A stretch of 64,000 bases of DNA from assembly GCA_963741955.1 (NCBI GenBank), contig CAVUKB010000005.1, positions 1,024,001-1,088,000 on the forward strand, read 5' to 3'. Below, piece after piece: positions 63,201 to 64,000 of this stretch. The position numbers and the translations under genes were made by a program. The DNA is from an uncultured Acidobacteriota bacterium. GTDB taxonomy: Bacteria; Acidobacteriota; Thermoanaerobaculia; Gp7-AA8. Position 1 is the first letter of the stretch, and each line of letters begins with the position of its first letter. A model generated the notes under the pieces. That model saw only the letters and a list, made by a program, of their open reading frames with translations. It was not told the origin of the DNA and did no database searches.

Positions 63201-63563
63201 GCACTCCTCGACACGCCGCAGGCCGACCCGAAGCTCGCGGCAACCCTCGTCTCCCTCCACAACCGTCTCGCCGACATCAGTGAGAAACTCCTCGGCGACC
63301 GTGTGGTCGGGAAGTACAACGAGCCTGTCCCTCCCTCCATCCGCGAGCTCGTACAGGGCGTGGTCGAAGGACAGTGGAACACCACGTCCGCGCCGACACA
63401 GACACAGATCGATGCTTACAACGCGGCGGCGAAGGAGTTCGCTCCAGTGCTCAATGACCTCCGCACAATCGTCGACGTCGATCTGAAGAACGTGCAGGAC
63501 GCAATGGAAAAGGCCGGCGCGCCGTGGACCCCGGGACGCGTTCCGGTGTGGACGCCGGAGTAA
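60255..63563 (+). CDS. BNR/Asp-box (VPS10/sortilin-like) glycosyl hydrolase-related secreted protein
   Basis: RSIGPAVISGRIADIAV, repeated S.DGG.TW Asp-boxes, GGTQDN, VGGDGF, RFNWDSP, ATYGRGF. Confidence 0.9.
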   Translation: MKRTLSIAFLALFVTGSLFAAPPSKSSSDDGKKSGAYTADTFQGLEFRSIGPAVISGRIADIAVDPSDHHTWYVGVASGGVWKTVNSGTTWTPIFDDQKSYSIGAVTVDPKDPLVVWVGTGENNSQRSVSWGDGLYKSTDGGASWKLSGLDKSEHISKIVIDPRDSNVVWVAAQGPLWNSGGDRGLYETADGGKTWKKMLDVSADTGVTDLVFDPRNPDVMYAAAYQRRRHVWTLIDGGPESAIYRSRDGGASWEKIDKGLPKTDLGRIGLAIAPSDPDKLYAIVEAADDKSGFFRSTNGGASWEKMSDYVSSSPQYYQEIVVDPHDANRIYSMDTWLHVSEDGGKTFQRLGETWKHVDNHALWIEPSNTSHLVDGCDGGVYESFDRGKTWEFKSNLPLAQFYRLSLDNDVPFYHVYGGTQDNNTIGGPTRTSSASGIVNSDWYITVGGDGFQPRADPEDPNTVYSEYQYGGLVRYDRRSGEAVDIRPVAAPGEAPLRFNWDSPLIISPHSHTRLYFASQKIFRSDDRGNSWTAISPDLTRGLDRNKLKVMGRVWGVDTVAKNASTSFYGNIVSLSESPLQEGLIYAGTDDGLIQVTADGGQHWTKIDNVPGIPQYAYVADLETSQHDANTVYAIFENHKMGDFKPYVLESTDRGRTWKNINGDLPTNGPAWTIVEDPKDANLLFLGTEYGAFFSRDGGAKWIQLKGGIPTIAVRDLAIQPRENDLVAATYGRGFYVLDDITPLRTTSPELLQKDAVLFSTTKTAWMFMPSTPLGLKGKSFQGDSYYAGENPPFGAILTYYLKDSLESRKEARQKSEMKLEKEKKDVYYPTWEELRLEDREQKPAIVLTVKDEGGNVVRRITGPVSAGFHRVAWDLRYPAANPVEPSGAKREEDPFSQGPEGPMVAPGTYTVTLSKLADGQFTPLGDPQTVNAKPLGLVKLTPEETSASLAFERKVARLQRAVLGAARNVRETSSQIDLLQKALLDTPQADPKLAATLVSLHNRLADISEKLLGDRVVGKYNEPVPPSIRELVQGVVEGQWNTTSAPTQTQIDAYNAAAKEFAPVLNDLRTIVDVDLKNVQDAMEKAGAPWTPGRVPVWTPE

Positions 63564-63571
63564 AGCTCGCG

Positions 63572-63606
63572 CATGGTGCACCCGGGGCGATCCCGGGTGC
63601 ACCATG
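63572..63606. repeat. Perfect 15-bp inverted repeat after the BNR gene
   Basis: CATGGTGCACCCGGG-GCGAT-CCCGGGTGCACCATG; no U-tract. Confidence 0.75.
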
Positions 63607-63616
63607 TTCAGAAGAC

Positions 63617-63651
63617 GAATTCAGAATGCAGAGTGCAGAGTGCAGAATCGA
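63617..63651. repeat. Heptamer tract (GAATTCA/GAATGCA/GAGTGCA)
   Basis: Direct reading; its tail GCAGAGTGCAGAATCGAGAGGTCCAGGTCCTCCGC recurs at 63966-64000. Confidence 0.7.
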
Positions 63652-63709
63652 GAGGTCCAGGTCCTCCGCATCACAGGCTTGCGTCAGCCCGAAGGGCGGC
63701 ACCTTGTTA

Positions 63710-63888
63710 ACCCGCATTTCTCACACCGTCTCGTCGCGAGGAGGCGGAGAGTGGCTTGGATGCAAGGCGCGCCCGGCTTCGGCAACGAAGGCATAGTGGT
63801 GACTATGTCGAGGAGCCGAAGCCGGGCGCAACGCTGCAGACAGGCCGCTATCCGTCTCCGCAGCAGAGATGGTGTGAGAAATGCGGGT
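63710..63888. mobile_element. MITE copy 3 (opposite orientation) with TTA target-site duplication
   Basis: TIRs ACCCGCATTTCTCACACC/GGTGTGAGAAATGCGGGT flanked by TTA (63707-63709) and TTA (63889-63891). Confidence 0.88.
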
Positions 63889-64000
63889 TTAGCCCCCGCC
63901 GTCAGGCGGGGGTTCGGAAGTCCCCGGAATTCAGGTGTGAGCCCCCGAAAGGGGGCGGTACCTCAGCAGAGTGCAGAATCGAGAGGTCCAGGTCCTCCGC

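Overview
GC-rich bacterial chromosomal segment, most likely Acidobacteriota (inferred from two acidobacterial-type VWA proteins and the secreted-protein repertoire). It holds about 42 mostly housekeeping or envelope genes: a type II glutamine synthetase (cut by the window edge), a GAF-GGDEF and a GAF/HD-GYP c-di-GMP enzyme, M16, M20 and gluzincin-like peptidases, cydAB, a phoU-DUF47-pit cluster, pncB, ompA, nhaA, parE-parC, acpH, a PIG-L/small membrane protein/SSS operon, a B12 radical SAM, a serine hydrolase and a BNR/VPS10 protein. No rRNA, tRNA, CRISPR or cas genes were seen. The unusual content is mostly intergenic. (1) An FmdB-family zinc-ribbon gene has an in-frame UGA followed by a SECIS-like hairpin, so it is a candidate selenoprotein. 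(2) There is a 10 x ~182-bp BoxC-like array with a G-quadruplex motif in every unit, next to a decayed IS3. (3) GTGG-hairpin REP-like arrays occur at several sites, two of them bracketing nhaA. (4) One MITE family is present in three copies. (5) Heptamer tandem tracts of different sequence recur, several starting at stop codons and several in inverted pairs. (6) Four sigma54-type promoters sit in front of small uncharacterised genes. All family assignments come from motif recognition by eye, not from database searches.
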